Below are positions 28,191-40,854 of a stretch of 64,000 bases of DNA, piece after piece (within the stretch, counting starts at the first letter, position 1; every line of letters begins with the position of its first letter). This DNA comes from an uncultured delta proteobacterium (GTDB taxonomy: Bacteria > Desulfobacterota > Binatia > Bin18): contig CAVTCR010000073.1 in NCBI GenBank assembly GCA_963733195.1, forward strand, positions 32,001-96,000, written 5' to 3'. The notes under the pieces are model-generated. The model saw nothing but the letters and a program-made list of their open reading frames with translations. It was not told the DNA's origin and ran no database searches. The position numbers and the translations under genes were made by a program.

Positions 28191-29669
28191 ATGAAACAAC
28201 TATCTGTCGTCGCAAAATATACCTTTGCAGGGGTACTGTTCGGTTGTTGTTTGCCGCTTGGGGCGACGATACTGGACCTATCAGTCCAAGGCCGATCCTT
28301 TACCCTTATCGACATTATTGCGGTGCAACGTTTACAGCCGTTCCACTGGGTTATTGATACAACACCGTTTTTTCTTGGACTTCTCGCTGCCCTGGTCGGG
28401 AAACGTGCACAAGCAGCTCAATACTATCAGCCCTTCTTTTCGCTGTCGCTCGATGTGCTGTGTATCGCTGGGTTTGACGGTACCTTTAAGCAAGTGAACC
28501 CCGCTGTGGAAAAGATCCTGGGGTACACCGCGGGCGAAATGATTGATCATCCGTTTCTCGAGTTTGCTCATCCAGACGACCATATAGCAACCATTGAGGT
28601 GACGAAAAACCTTGCGAATGGAAACGATGAGATTGACTTTGAGAATCGCTACCGTTGCAAGGACGGTTCCTACCGGTGGCTCTCATGGCGAGCGAGGTCC
28701 GTGCTGGACCAACAACAGATCTACGCAATTGGTGTGGATGTGACTGATCAGAAACGGATGGAAGAAAAGCTTCATAAACAAATCGCGGAGATTAACAGCG
28801 GAGTTCAAACGTTAGCTTCTTCGGTGAATCAAATCGTCGGTTCAATGGCACAACTGCTGGCTGCGACCTCAGAGACAGCGACGACCGTTGCTCAAACGGC
28901 GACGACGATCGAGGAAGTCAAACAAACGGCGTCTGTGTCGAGCCAGAAGGCACAGGAGATATCTGCCAGTGCCCAGCAGGCAGTGCAGGTTGCTCAGGCC
29001 GGCGAGCAGGTGGTGGAACTGGCACGCTCTGGGCTTGCCCGCGCCCGAGATCAGATTCGTTCGATTGCTGACAGTGTGTTGCAACTCGGCACACAAACCC
29101 AAGCGATCAGTGAGATTATTGCCTCGGTGAACGAACTCGCTGAGCAGTCAAACTTACTGGCCGTCAATGCGGCCATCGAAGCTGCGAACGCCGGTGAACA
29201 CGGCAAGGGATTTGCCATCGTCGCCCGTGAGGTGAAACGGTTAGCCGAACAATCAAAACAGGCGACCTCGCAGGTACGGTTGCTGCTGAGTGAGATTAAA
29301 AAGGCGAGCACAGCTGCAGTATTGGTTACCGAGCAGGGAGCAAAAGCCGTCGAGGCAGGAGTACAGCAATCCCTGGAAGCAGGCGAATCGATTCGCACAC
29401 TCAGTCAGGGTATTGCCGAAGCCTCGTATTCTGTCACCCAGATTGCCGTTTCCAGCCAAGAACAACTAGTAGGTATCGATCAAGTGTCGACCGCAATCTC
29501 CAGCATTCGCATCGCCAGTCAGCAGAATACTGTCGGCATCAGGCAAGTCGAAGAAGCTGTGCGAAACCTACAACAAGTAGGGCGGTCGTTGCAGTTATTA
29601 GCCGAGCAGTCAACGCTGGCATCGACCACGAGACTGGGCGGAGTAAGCCTTTCTTCGACTCAGGTGTAG
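28191..29669 (+). CDS. Methyl-accepting chemotaxis protein with PAS domain
   Basis: Two N-terminal TMs, PAS (HPDD..ENRYRCKDGSYRWLSW), hairpin NLLAVNAAIEAANAGEHGKGFAIVAREVKRLA. Confidence 0.9.
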   Translation: MKQLSVVAKYTFAGVLFGCCLPLGATILDLSVQGRSFTLIDIIAVQRLQPFHWVIDTTPFFLGLLAALVGKRAQAAQYYQPFFSLSLDVLCIAGFDGTFKQVNPAVEKILGYTAGEMIDHPFLEFAHPDDHIATIEVTKNLANGNDEIDFENRYRCKDGSYRWLSWRARSVLDQQQIYAIGVDVTDQKRMEEKLHKQIAEINSGVQTLASSVNQIVGSMAQLLAATSETATTVAQTATTIEEVKQTASVSSQKAQEISASAQQAVQVAQAGEQVVELARSGLARARDQIRSIADSVLQLGTQTQAISEIIASVNELAEQSNLLAVNAAIEAANAGEHGKGFAIVAREVKRLAEQSKQATSQVRLLLSEIKKASTAAVLVTEQGAKAVEAGVQQSLEAGESIRTLSQGIAEASYSVTQIAVSSQEQLVGIDQVSTAISSIRIASQQNTVGIRQVEEAVRNLQQVGRSLQLLAEQSTLASTTRLGGVSLSSTQV

Positions 29670-29714
29670 GAACCTGTCAGAGCCGCTTCTTTAGATTTGT
29701 TCTGAGGTGATGTG

Positions 29715-29739
29715 AACAAGGGGCTTAAAGCCCCTTGTT
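29715..29739. terminator. Perfect hairpin between convergent genes, probable bidirectional terminator
   Basis: AACAAGGGGCT-TAA-AGCCCCTTGTT followed by a T-run. Confidence 0.65.
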
Positions 29740-29774
29740 TTTCTCGTCCTGAAAAGAATACGTAGTCAACACAC

Positions 29775-32700
29775 TCAGGCCCATGTCTCAAGATCCGACC
29801 GGAAAACGCGTACCCGCTGGAGAATTCCCTCGCGCTGGGTGTTGAACCACGTCATCGCACCAGCAAGGAGCGCGGCAAGTGTCAACAGGATCACTGCCTG
29901 GCTCAAGCGTTGTTCAGGGAACAGCATGATGAGTTGCCAGCCGATGTTCCACACGAGACTGGCGACTCCAGTATAGAGAAACGCGCGAACACGGATAGCA
30001 ATCCCAAGGAAGACACCAGCCAGGCTGAGAGCCAGCGCAACGATAAACACTCCCAATCCTTGGTGAAGGAAGACATCTGAGGTTGCACTGACATACAGTG
30101 TGGTTGTTGCTGCTAAGCGAATGGTATTCAACACCTGAGGCTTAAGTTCATGGCGGTGGAGATGTGCGAGGAGGAGGACACTCAGAGCAATTGGAGTCAC
30201 ATATAGTTGGACAATGTGGTACTGCTCCGCCCACATGGGAATCCATAAATATACTGCCGCATTGAAAGCCGCGAGCGCTAGATAGAGAGGTAGTGACCGC
30301 TCGGTTTCACGGTACGTGAGAAGGTACAGTGCACTCGCGGCAATGAAAGCAGTACCAGCATGAGTAGATGCAAGGTGAAATGGAATCGTTGCGAAGAGGA
30401 GGAACGGTATCACCATCACGACATGGAAAAGTGGCTCAAGTCGCACGAAATGATAAAGTGCGAACAAAGCGTAGGTAGCAATCATCAGTGCCGTTGTATC
30501 CCATGCTGATGCGGGAGCGAGACCGACGAGAATGAGGCGAATATAGAAACCCACTGCTCCGGCAAATAGTGCAGTGCCATAGGTCCACTGTGACGTTTGT
30601 GAGTGCCACGCTTGTCGTGCCCCCAAAGCAAGTAGCAACCCTGCTGCACCAAAGGCAGCGATCTTATCTGAGCCTTCACTGAGCCACTGTGGGGTGCTAC
30701 CGGCAGCAAGCGCAGTGAAGAGAGAGAATGCATGCAAGAGCCATTCAATAACAGCTAAACCAGCGGCGATCTGCCATGCCCACGACAGTAGTGGTGTGAG
30801 TATGCCCGATGAAGGGGGTAGGGTGTCTAGCGAATCTTCTGTCGGTTCCGCGTGGTTCTTTTGTAGTTTCCAGTCTGCCCACATAAAGAAACAGGCGATG
30901 ACGGCGAGTTGTAGCGAATACCACGGCCATAAGAGATGGATCTGCGCGAACGGTATCCACAGGAGGGGCCAATCGTGGAGCACCACCAAGATCATAGCAC
31001 CGGAGGCAAGTAGCCAACGCCGTTGCTGTCGCTGCCACCCGAGAACGGCCGCGGTGTCGATCAACACGAGTAGTGCAAGGAGTTGCTCATTGAACGGGGT
31101 CGGAAGCAGCACCAATGCAGTTATCGCAGCAACAAGACTGGGCTCGACCCATTGCGTCAGTATACTTCCGTAGAGGCTCAGTTCGTTCGCCTCCCCATTG
31201 GCGTTTCTCCCAGAGAAAATGCGAAGCACACACGGTGGCGCTCCATAAAGCGACAAAGAACGGGAAGTGGAAGACTGCGGAAACATACCCGAGCCAGGCA
31301 ACGAGGGCCGTGCAACTAAGTGCGACGAACAAGGCGTGACCTTCCCACGCCTGTTTATGTCGCCACCACAGGTGCAGGAACGAAAACGCCAACGTTCCGG
31401 TGAAAACAAGCAACTCAAGCCACTGTACGTCACTTGCAGGAAACAAACTGTCTACATTGTTGCTACAAAGGAGAAATACGAAGTGGCAGAGCCGTACAAG
31501 AAAAAACCCTGCGGGAAGGAGCAAGAACGGATGTGGGAGGTTATGCCTTTGCCAACTTAAGCGTGCAGTCAGTGCCTCTCCGTACAGGTGCCACCAGGGA
31601 ACGACGAGCAGCAGCAAGTTGAGCCAGACCAACTCACTGATGGGAGGACTAATTGGAAGCAGAAGTAGAGGCGAACTCGTCGCAAAGAGGGGTGGATCAG
31701 CCCACCATGCGGAGGTGAGAGTGGTGCCAACCCTGGTCAGAAGAAATACTGCAATCCATGAGAATCCGCTCCAATTGCTGTTGCGCAGCATCAGAAATAA
31801 ATACGCCGCGCTAGCGATGAGATAACCGGCATGTTGGAGAAGAGCGATGCGAGACAGGTGAAGCGTATCAAGAGACGAGAGCAAAAGGCAAAAACTGACA
31901 GTGAACAACCCAAACCACGGCCAGGTATCGGGCGCAATTGTCCACTGTGATTGCCGTGCATTCCACAGCGGCAGCGCGAAGTTTGCTGCTGCCCAGAGTG
32001 TGAACCCCCAGAGTACAGCAACTACGTTGACCTGATGCGTGAGTCCAAGCAGTGGGAGTATGCTGCTTAGGAAGGCAGTACCAAGCAGAGGAAGTGCGAA
32101 CCCACGGATCGTACTAGCTTCTGCTAGCCGCTGGACGAGTGGAAACAGACCGACCATAAAGACAAGGAACGTCAGTGACACACAGAGGTCTGCACGGAAT
32201 GGGGCACTAGCGAAGAACATCACTGCGCCACACAACGCCCAGAAATAGACTATCGCCGCGGCCCAGCTAATTGGCCGTACATACAATTGTCGTTCAGGTC
32301 GTTGACGAAGATGGTAAGCAAGCAGAGCAAGACCAGTGGCTACGAGCGATACAGTTAACCATTGATCTGCGGCGGCTGCTCCGCCAGGCCATAAGGTGAA
32401 CCTCGTCTTTGGGTGAACAAGTAACGCCTCTCCCCACAAAGTCGCAAGCACAGCGGCAAGTACCCCGGCGATCTGCAATGACGTGTGCCGCAGCGTAGAA
32501 CTTGCGGCAAAGAGCACTGTACCGGCAAAGAAGAGTGTCACTGTTGCGAGGATGTCGACGCTCTGTGGTGCATCAACCCATGCCAAGGCGAGTGCCTGAT
32601 TTATTGCGAACACTGCGAGCAGAAGCGCGGCATGACACAGCGGATCATGATAGAGCCAGCTTACATGTGGGATTGGTCCTGCGCTGAGGCGATCTTTTTG

Positions 32701-35700
32701 CACAGAGAGTTCCCACGCGAGCGTCCACCAGGTTAGCCCGATAACGCTTGCAAGAAGTCCTACGCCTTGATCACGGAACAGCGTGTAAATGCTCACATGG
32801 AGTGGGAGGACGATCCAACTGTAGCTTATGAGGGCAGTCAGAATAGCGACTCCTAATACCAGATAACTATGCACTTGACGCTGATACCGCCACCCGGCGA
32901 TGCTCAGAAATATCGCAACGCTAACTGGCGTACAGAAAAGTCCCACACTCGGAGTGAATATACCAACAAGTACTAAGGGAACCGCCACACACAACAGACT
33001 GCTGACTACGGTAGCCCAGTGTACGAACGTTTCAATCGTGCTTCGTTTGCCACCCAGATGGAAGAGGACAGCGAGGTGTGGAGTCCGGGAGTGTTTGAGC
33101 ACGACAATGCTCAGACTCCACATTAGGAATGAATAGAGCGCGCCAGCAAAGCCCAGAGTAGGGACACCAAAGGCACTAAGTCGAAACACTGAGAGCCAAG
33201 CACCAAGCCCTAACACGATTGCCATCGGGAATAACAATGGCAGTCGAAAGTAGCCGGCTCCTATCGCTGCTCCTAACGCCCCGAGGCCAGCCGAACACAT
33301 CCATCCCCAACCTACCGTGCCTTCGAGTAGCCGCATGGTGAGATGCCACAAGCCAATGACCCACAATACGACCATGGTCTGTTGCAACGGAGCACGAAGC
33401 ATCGTGGTATACGTAGCATTGCTAGAGACAGGGTATTGCCCCAGCAAAGTGAGCGGCACTCGCTCTTGTGCACGAATAGTGAGATATTCTTGATGTAAGG
33501 CAAGACTCTCCTCTGATTCGTGTTCCAGCCACCATAAAACGATCCACGCGCTCAGCGCTATGAGCATCTCGATCGTGCCAGCGCTAGGCTGAGGGAAATA
33601 GGTCAGCTTCAGGACGAGACCAGCGGTCCCCCATAAAGCCAGCACGCCATAAAAGAGGCCACGAATCCGTAGAGTCAGGCTCATGCCCAACAGGACGCTT
33701 CCTATTGCTGCCAACAGTAAGGGGAGAAGCCGATGGTAGGTAATATCAGGCAACGCTAGTGTTGCCGTCAGTGCCAGGGAGAAACCAAGGTTTACGAGTG
33801 TGCTGTTGAGCAGGACTTCAGCCTGACGAGCGTTGGTTGACGAGGCTCTATAGTGGAGTCGTGACCCTAGCGCAAGCCAGAGCCCAGCAAGAACAATAAT
33901 GCCGATAGCAGTCTGACCGACCCAGGTGGTGAGTGGCCACTGTGGCGCGTAGGCAACAGCGATACTTCCGAGCAGCATGACAGCATACAGCCATGAGCTT
34001 TGGCACAAGTCGGTGCATACCGCGTCGGCTGTTTGTTCACTCGCTGTTATTGGAGCAGAACGTAAACCATAGAAGACCAATCCCATTGTCGCCAAAGTAG
34101 TGGTCATCGCGCCTAGGCTCGGGTAGGCGTGTAACAAACTCCAAGCACAGACTGCGAATGTGGTTCCTAACCACACCCAATAACATGTCGAGGCTAATGT
34201 AGTCGCCCGATGTCGTTGGAGCCAGCGACTGGCAGCCAGGAGACCGACGAGACCTGGAAGACTCGCAAGAAAATGCCACTGTGGCAGCAAATGTTGAAGA
34301 ACCAACGTCTGATACAGCCAGCCGACACAGATGAGCAAAAGTGCCAGCGGAATGACAGTCACATACTGCCAAACGACAACGCTGTATACTGCGATGGCTA
34401 AGCATAACGTGAGTAGTCGCGCACCCGATGCCTCAACACTAAGAAGTAAGGCCAGTACCGAGAGTCCATAAAGAAAAAAGCTTACGCGCGAGAGAAAGGC
34501 GTACTGCTTCGTCCAACGCTTCAAATGCGCGTCGACATAGAAGAGGAGCCCGCACACCGCCATGAGGAAGGGACCATAATAACCAGCAGGTAAGGTCACC
34601 GGATTGGCGTGGCCCCAGGTAAGATGTACGAAAGAAACGGCGGCCGCGTAGACAAACGTCCCCACGGCGTAAAAGGCGACCTTACGGCGTTCGGCGAGAA
34701 TCGACTGAAGCCATTCGTGGGTAAATTGTCGTAGGCCATAGGCAAGAACTCCAAGTAAAGCACAGTGAGTGATAGCTAAAAAAATCCAGGATGGGTATCT
34801 GGCGAGTAGCGGGACCGTAATTTGCGCCGTTGCAAGGGCGAGGAAGAGCTGAGGATGTCGACCTTGGAGGGATCGGTCCATGACGCCGGAGACCAACATA
34901 GCGACATAGTAAAAGCCCAGCACCTCCACTGCGGTAAGAAATAGACCAATGGCTATCCAAGGAGTGGCTTGAGCGGTGGTGATCAGTCGAACTGCAGAGG
35001 CGATATTCAAGGGAATGAGGAGGAGACCAAGGGCAAGCAAAACGTGTCCTGAAGTGAGCTCGGGCCGGATGCGACATAAGCGATATCCTAGCCATAGAAG
35101 GAATCCGCTATAGGCGAGGAGAACCCCGGAAACAGCCAGTGCATTCGTCTGTCCACTGGTTGAAGAGATCAAGAACGTTGAGCCAGCAACGAAGCATAAT
35201 CCGCAAATAAACCACAGAATATTCTGGGCCAGGAACGGAACAAGCAGTGCTGGCCAGCGAGAGACGGTCTGGAGCGTACGCTCTAAGGCACTTGGGGCGG
35301 CTGGCACCCAAGCTTCATCAGGAGAAACAGAGCGGGAGACAGAGTTGGAGATAGAGATGGAAGAGGGTAAGTCTTCCTGCGACGGAGGTGAAACACTTGC
35401 TGTTAGTACTGGGGAGACCACCGGAGCTTGTTTGAGTAATACGGCTGACTCGCTTGGCAGTGGAGATAGAGTGGCTGTTGGTGGAACCTGAGTGGGTGAA
35501 GTCACCGCTTCGAGAGCAACGGATTGCTGAATTTCTTCTGTAAGGTGACTATAAGCTCGTGGCTGCAACGGAAGCGCGAGTTGCTGCGGTATTTCGCCAG
35601 AACGCCTCGTAGTGAGCTCCATCTCTCGCCAGGGGGATGGCCCAGGAGCAACGATCTGCTGGGAGACCAGGAGCTTCCAAGCTGCCTCGCGCCCCTCGCG

Positions 35701-36075
35701 CCAGCGTTGACTGTCAGGTGTGATATGGAGGTCAACGAGGGAATTGTCACAAAGTGAATTGATTTCTTTGATTATTCCCTTGAAGAATACAGAATCGATT
35801 TTCCCTGCAGCACATTGACGCGCAAGTTCATTACGCAAAATCAACAAGTCAATCAGCGTGCGGTTTGCGACGTTGATCGAGGACGATTCACGAGACTCAG
35901 GAGGTTGGAGCGAGGACGCCTGAGGTGCTGGTGTCAGGGAAGTTTGGGCTCGGCGGCGGCGATACAGCCAGACTCCTCCACACAACAAGAGAAAGAAGAG
36001 AAACTGGTGGTGAGCAAAAAACCTGAGGAGAGGGGAGAGAACCCACCAGGCGATGAGGGTAATAAGAAAATCCAT
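29775..36075 (-). CDS. Giant (~2100 aa) multi-pass membrane protein, DUF2157/DUF2339-like (one frameshift near 31166)
   Basis: ORFs 31087-36123 and 29775-31433 join at EPLR/SILTQW; dozens of hydrophobic helices; FLAQNILWF and C-terminal IRVRAFLYTG...LETWA. Confidence 0.75.
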
Positions 36076-36144
36076 GTGTACTCTTTTGTGTAAAATCGGA
36101 AGTTGTCCAGTCGGATATGTCACTCAATGCCGAACACTCACTTT

Positions 36145-36213
36145 TGTCATTCTGAGGCCGAAGGCCGAAGAATCTCTTTTTTAGAGAGATCCTTCGCTCC
36201 ACTCAGGATGACA
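36145..36213. repeat. Palindromic REP-like element
   Basis: TGTCATTCTGAG...CGAAGAATCTC / GAGATCCTTCG...CTCAGGATGACA. Confidence 0.8.
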
Positions 36214-36291
36214 TGCCTTGTGAGGTTCAGTCCGAAAGCGCTCTGATGTGGTCCGTCGCCCCCAGTCACACAAAGTTAAGATTACTTCAAC

Positions 36292-36975
36292 TTACGCTGT
36301 CTGATCGCCAACGACTTTCTTCTTCAACGCTGCCAGCTCGTTATCTAATTCCCACTCCACTTCCATAGCTAAGACCTCTTTTTCGACACGAGAAGTGTGG
36401 CTGTTGACTTCATCCATCGCCTCGGCTCGGGCTTCCATTTCCGCCACTCGGTCTTCCATACGTGTAAAATTGGCATGCGCATCGAGCCCAGCTTTGAAAT
36501 GCGACAGCGTGTCACCCATATACTCCCGCGCTTGTGCCGCACGCTGCCGGGCAATCAGCATGCTGCGTTTACGTTTGGCTTCTTCAAGTTTCGCCTCTAG
36601 CGCATGTAACTGTTTTTTCAGATGTTCACTAGTGGCTTTTGCCGATTCCCACGCCGGTTCTAGTGACTGAATGATGCTGTCATACTCTTTCTTTCGCAGC
36701 AGTGCCGCTCGCGCGAGATCTTCTCTGTTAGCATGGAGTGCATCCTCCGCCTTTTTCATCCATTCAACGGATTGGCGACGATGGAGATCGAGGTCCTTCT
36801 GCAGTTGTTTCTCGCTGGCGATGGCATCGATTACGCCTTCCTTGGCCCGAGCGATGTTCTCTTCCATTTCGCGAATCATCTGTTTGATCATCCGTTCCGG
36901 ATCTTCGACACGATCAATCAAATCATTGATATTGGCGGTGATAATGTCGTTAATACGCTTGAAGAGGTTTGACAT
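36292..36975 (-). CDS. pspA: Phage shock protein A / IM30 family protein
   Basis: MSNLFKRINDIITANINDLIDRVEDPERMIKQMIREM, REDLARAAL, FTRMEDRV, ELAALK. Confidence 0.92.
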   Translation of the reverse strand: MSNLFKRINDIITANINDLIDRVEDPERMIKQMIREMEENIARAKEGVIDAIASEKQLQKDLDLHRRQSVEWMKKAEDALHANREDLARAALLRKKEYDSIIQSLEPAWESAKATSEHLKKQLHALEAKLEEAKRKRSMLIARQRAAQAREYMGDTLSHFKAGLDAHANFTRMEDRVAEMEARAEAMDEVNSHTSRVEKEVLAMEVEWELDNELAALKKKVVGDQTA

Positions 36976-37045
36976 AAGGAGGTCCTTTCTGGCTCGTTGA
37001 AGCAGGAGCCTGTGTTGAAAAATATCGGTACTTCGAGCTCAATGA

Positions 37046-40000
37046 TTAGGATTGCAAGGCGGTATCTGAGGTGGCCAATGTCAGTGCGGCTACTCGTGCT
37101 GCGCGAAGATCGATCTTGCCGGTTCCCAGGACAGGCAGCGTGTCAACGGCAAAGATATGTTCGCGCTTAGGAACCCACAACTTTGGGAGGTCTGTTTGAT
37201 TTAGATGGGTCCAAAGGACGTCGGCAGTAAACTTAGGGTGAGCGTAGAGGACAACCAATCGTTCACCTTTCTGTTCGTCCGGGATAGCCGTTACTACGCA
37301 TGACGTATCGCCCAGGATTTGGTGAACGGCTTCTTCAATGCGGAGGTGCGGCACCATCTCTCCACCGATTTTGCTGAAACGGGAAAGGCGGTCGGTGAGA
37401 TAGATGAACCCATCGTCGTCAATCTTGGCAATATCACCGGTGACATACCAACCGTCACGGATCACCTCGCGAGTTTTCTCTGGTTGGCCGAGATAGCCGA
37501 GCATTCGATTTGGGCCTTTGACGAGGAGGAGTCCTTCTTGCCCACAGGGAAGTGGAGCACCTGTTTCACGATCAACTACTTTAGCGACTACACCTGGGAT
37601 CGGATGGCCGACACTTCCTGGCTTGAGTCCGATCTGGCGCTGAGTTCCCTCTTTGATATCAGGCACATTGACAGCAATAGCCGGTGCCATTTCTGTGCAA
37701 CCATACCCTTCGAGGAGGTCGATGCCATACTTCTCGCGAAACTCTTGGGCGAGTGCTGGTCGTAGCTTCTCGGCACCTGCAATCGCGTAGCGTAATGAAG
37801 CGAATTCCTCGGCAGAGCATTTGCGTAGATAGGCAGGCGTAGAAAGTGGGCGTACTGATCAAGACGGTCGCACGATACGTACGGATCATCTCCCCCAGTG
37901 TTTTGGCATCAAGCGGGTTCGGATGATAAACGACCTGCCATCCGGCGACGAGCGGGAGCCACAGGGTGCCGGTGAAGCCGAATGAGTGGAAGAATGGGAG
38001 TGCACCCATGACGCAGTCTTGCGAGGTCGTGGTGAAAATCTGCTGCATTGCCTCGACGTTGGAGAGGATGTTGTGATGCGATAACATCACTCCCTTTGGG
38101 GTACCGGTGCTGCCGCTGGAGAAGATGATCGTAGCGAGGGAGTTTGGATTTTGTTGTGGACGATTCCACAGCCGCTGCAGCAGACGAGTCGGGGTGAGAA
38201 AAGCGACAACCGCAGTCCACACTCGCTGTGCTGAAGAAATATCCTTCAACAAATCTTCGACAAACACCATGCCTTTGTGTTCGTCGATCTTCGCTTTGGC
38301 AAGGAACGTCCGTGACGTCAGAATAGTGTGAAGGTTACTTTGTTCGATAGCGAGGTCCATCGCCTCACGCCCCGTGGTGAAGTTCAGATTAACTGGCACC
38401 TTTCCTGCGAGCAGCGTAGCGATATTGGCGAGTGCACCACCTACCGAGGCCGGGAGAATGAGGCCGATGTTTTCTTCTTGTGGTCGATGGCTTTTCAACC
38501 AACGCGCCAGCAAAAGGCTGCCGATCAGTGTTTTGCCATAGGTCAGTTTCCTACCGGTTGAATCAGCCATACAGAAGGAGAACCAACGACGTTTGGCGGT
38601 GTCAATGAAACGTAGGTGAAGCAGATCACGCTTGGTACGACGATGATCAACTGCTGCGCTGCCCAGATCCGCAATAGTATAACGTACGTGTTCAGCCGTA
38701 GCAGTAGAGGGGAGGGGAGAACCGAAGGAGACCGTGACCGGGTAGGGAAACCGTTTCGGCCATTTCCAGAAGAAGCGGCCATTGTCGAAACTAAAGATAC
38801 TGCCCCATAATCGGTCCAGGTGCACGGGAATGATCGGGACATTGTCGAGTCCTTGCATGATTCTTTCGAACCCACGCTTGAGGGGAAGAAGATTCCCAGT
38901 GCGACTGATCGCGCCTTCAGCGAAAATGCAGACAACATGGCCTTGGCGGAGTTGCTCACGTGCACGTTCGAGCGACTCCAACACGACCTTACGGTTACCG
39001 CTTTCCACCGGAATGGCATTCATGAGTCGCATGAACCAGTGAAGCGCCTTCTGTTCGTAGATTGGTTTGTAGACAAGGAAACGAATGAAGCGTTGAACGC
39101 AACCGCCAACCAGCAGGCCGTCGACGAACGACATGTGATTACATATCAACAAGGCAGGGCCACGAAGCGGAACATTTTCTTGGCCAACAATGCGGATACG
39201 ATAGATCGTGTGGGTCAGCAACCATAAGCTAAAACGTACAAAGAATTCCGGCACAAGCGTAAAAATATAGACTGCGACCAGTGCATTGAAGATCGCTGCG
39301 ACGAGAAGAAGTTGCGGAATCGTCAGTCCTGTTTTGAGAAGGACGACCGCGAGGACCGCCGAGAAGACCATGAACAGAGCGTTGATGATGTTGTTGCCAG
39401 CGATGATGCGCGAACGGTGCATTGCGTCACTGCGAAACTGAATGAGTGCATACAATGGAACAATGAAGAAACCGCCGAAGAGACCAAGGAGAAATAAGTC
39501 GGCTGCGATACGCCAGCCTGTGAAGGTCTGAAGGAACGCAACAGCGCCGATGACGCTCTCAGCCTTGATGGGCGGAGTGGCGAAGAAGAGATCAACCCCG
39601 AATAACGTTAAGCCAATTGCACCAAACGGTACGAGTCCCATTTCTACTTTGTGGCCCGAGAGTCGCTCACACAACAACGACCCGATACCAATACCGAGCG
39701 AGAAGCAGGTCAAAAAAAGAGTCACAATCTGTTCGTTACCACCCAAGACCTCTTTGCTGTAGTTCGGGAACTGGGACAAGAAAAGGGAACCGTAACACCA
39801 GAACCATGAGATACCTAAGATGGAGAGAAATACCGTTCGATCCTGGCGAGTCAGTTGAAGAATGCGCCACGTTTCACTGGCAACATTCCAGTTGATGGTT
39901 AGGGTTGGATCTGGGGCGGGCGAGTGTGGGATCTGACGACTCATGAGCCAGCCGCTGCATGCGACGCCAATCGTCGTCAGCGACACGAGCATGGTGCCCC

Positions 40001-40523
40001 ACGGTTGCACGCTAATGAGAATGCCACCGAGGATTGTGCCCAGTAGAATCGCCACGAAGGTGCCCATTTCTACTAAGCCGTTGCCCCCGACGAGTTCTTC
40101 AGAGCGCAGATGTTGGGGAAGAATGGCGTACTTCACTGGGCCAAAGAGTGTCGATTGCACACCACCGAGGAACAGAGAGACTAGAAGGATAGTGAGACTC
40201 TGCAAATAAAATCCTACCGCGCCAAGGAGCATCAGCACGATCTCTAACGCGACCGTGTATTGGATGAGCTTGGCCTTCTCGTACTTGTCGGCGATTTGTC
40301 CACAGGTGGCAGAGAACAGGAAAAAGGGCAGGATAAATAAGCCTGCGCTGAGGTTGATGAGTGTGTCGGAATCGATCGTGGTCAGAGCCGCGCCCTGAAA
40401 TGCGAACAGGATAACAAGCGCGTTTTTGTATACGTTATCGTTAAATGCCCCGAGGAATTGCGTCCAGAAAAACGGTGCGAACCGTCGTTGTTGCAGTAAG
40501 GAGAATTGGTTTCCGTTACTCAT
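37046..40523 (-). CDS. aas: LplT-like MFS + acyltransferase + acyl-ACP synthetase fusion (frameshift near 37835)
   Basis: TQFLGAFNDN, FGPVKY, NHMSFVD (HX4D), FAEG, FSSGSTGTPKG, EGYGCTE, TGD, SRFSKIGGEMV. Confidence 0.9.
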
Positions 40524-40563
40524 TGTTCCTTTGCCCTCCTAAGAGCGACGAATCACTCCTAGC

Positions 40564-40578
40564 GCAACCCCCATGCCA
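40564..40578 (-). promoter_or_regulatory. Sigma54 -24/-12 promoter of the aas-pspA operon
   Basis: Minus strand TGGCAT-GGGGG-TTGC, full consensus spacing, 40 nt upstream of the aas ATG. Confidence 0.7.
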
Positions 40579-40854
40579 AGCGTACTCCTGTTCATATTAC
40601 CTTGGCAAATCGGAAGCTTGCGCCAGAATCACACGTAAATGATACTTCTTGTGTGGTTTGCTTTAGACATTTTTTGCCTGTCTCTGTACATTAAATGTCA
40701 ATAACGGAAACAGCGATATGGATTTTATGAACGACGATGATAGTCACAGCGCGAATACATTGACAACGTCTGCTCGTCTCTCCATGATCCACAGCGCGCA
40801 GAGTCGTCTTCTCGGATAGATGGTCCGCTGTTTCGCACGCAAGGAGTAAAAAAC

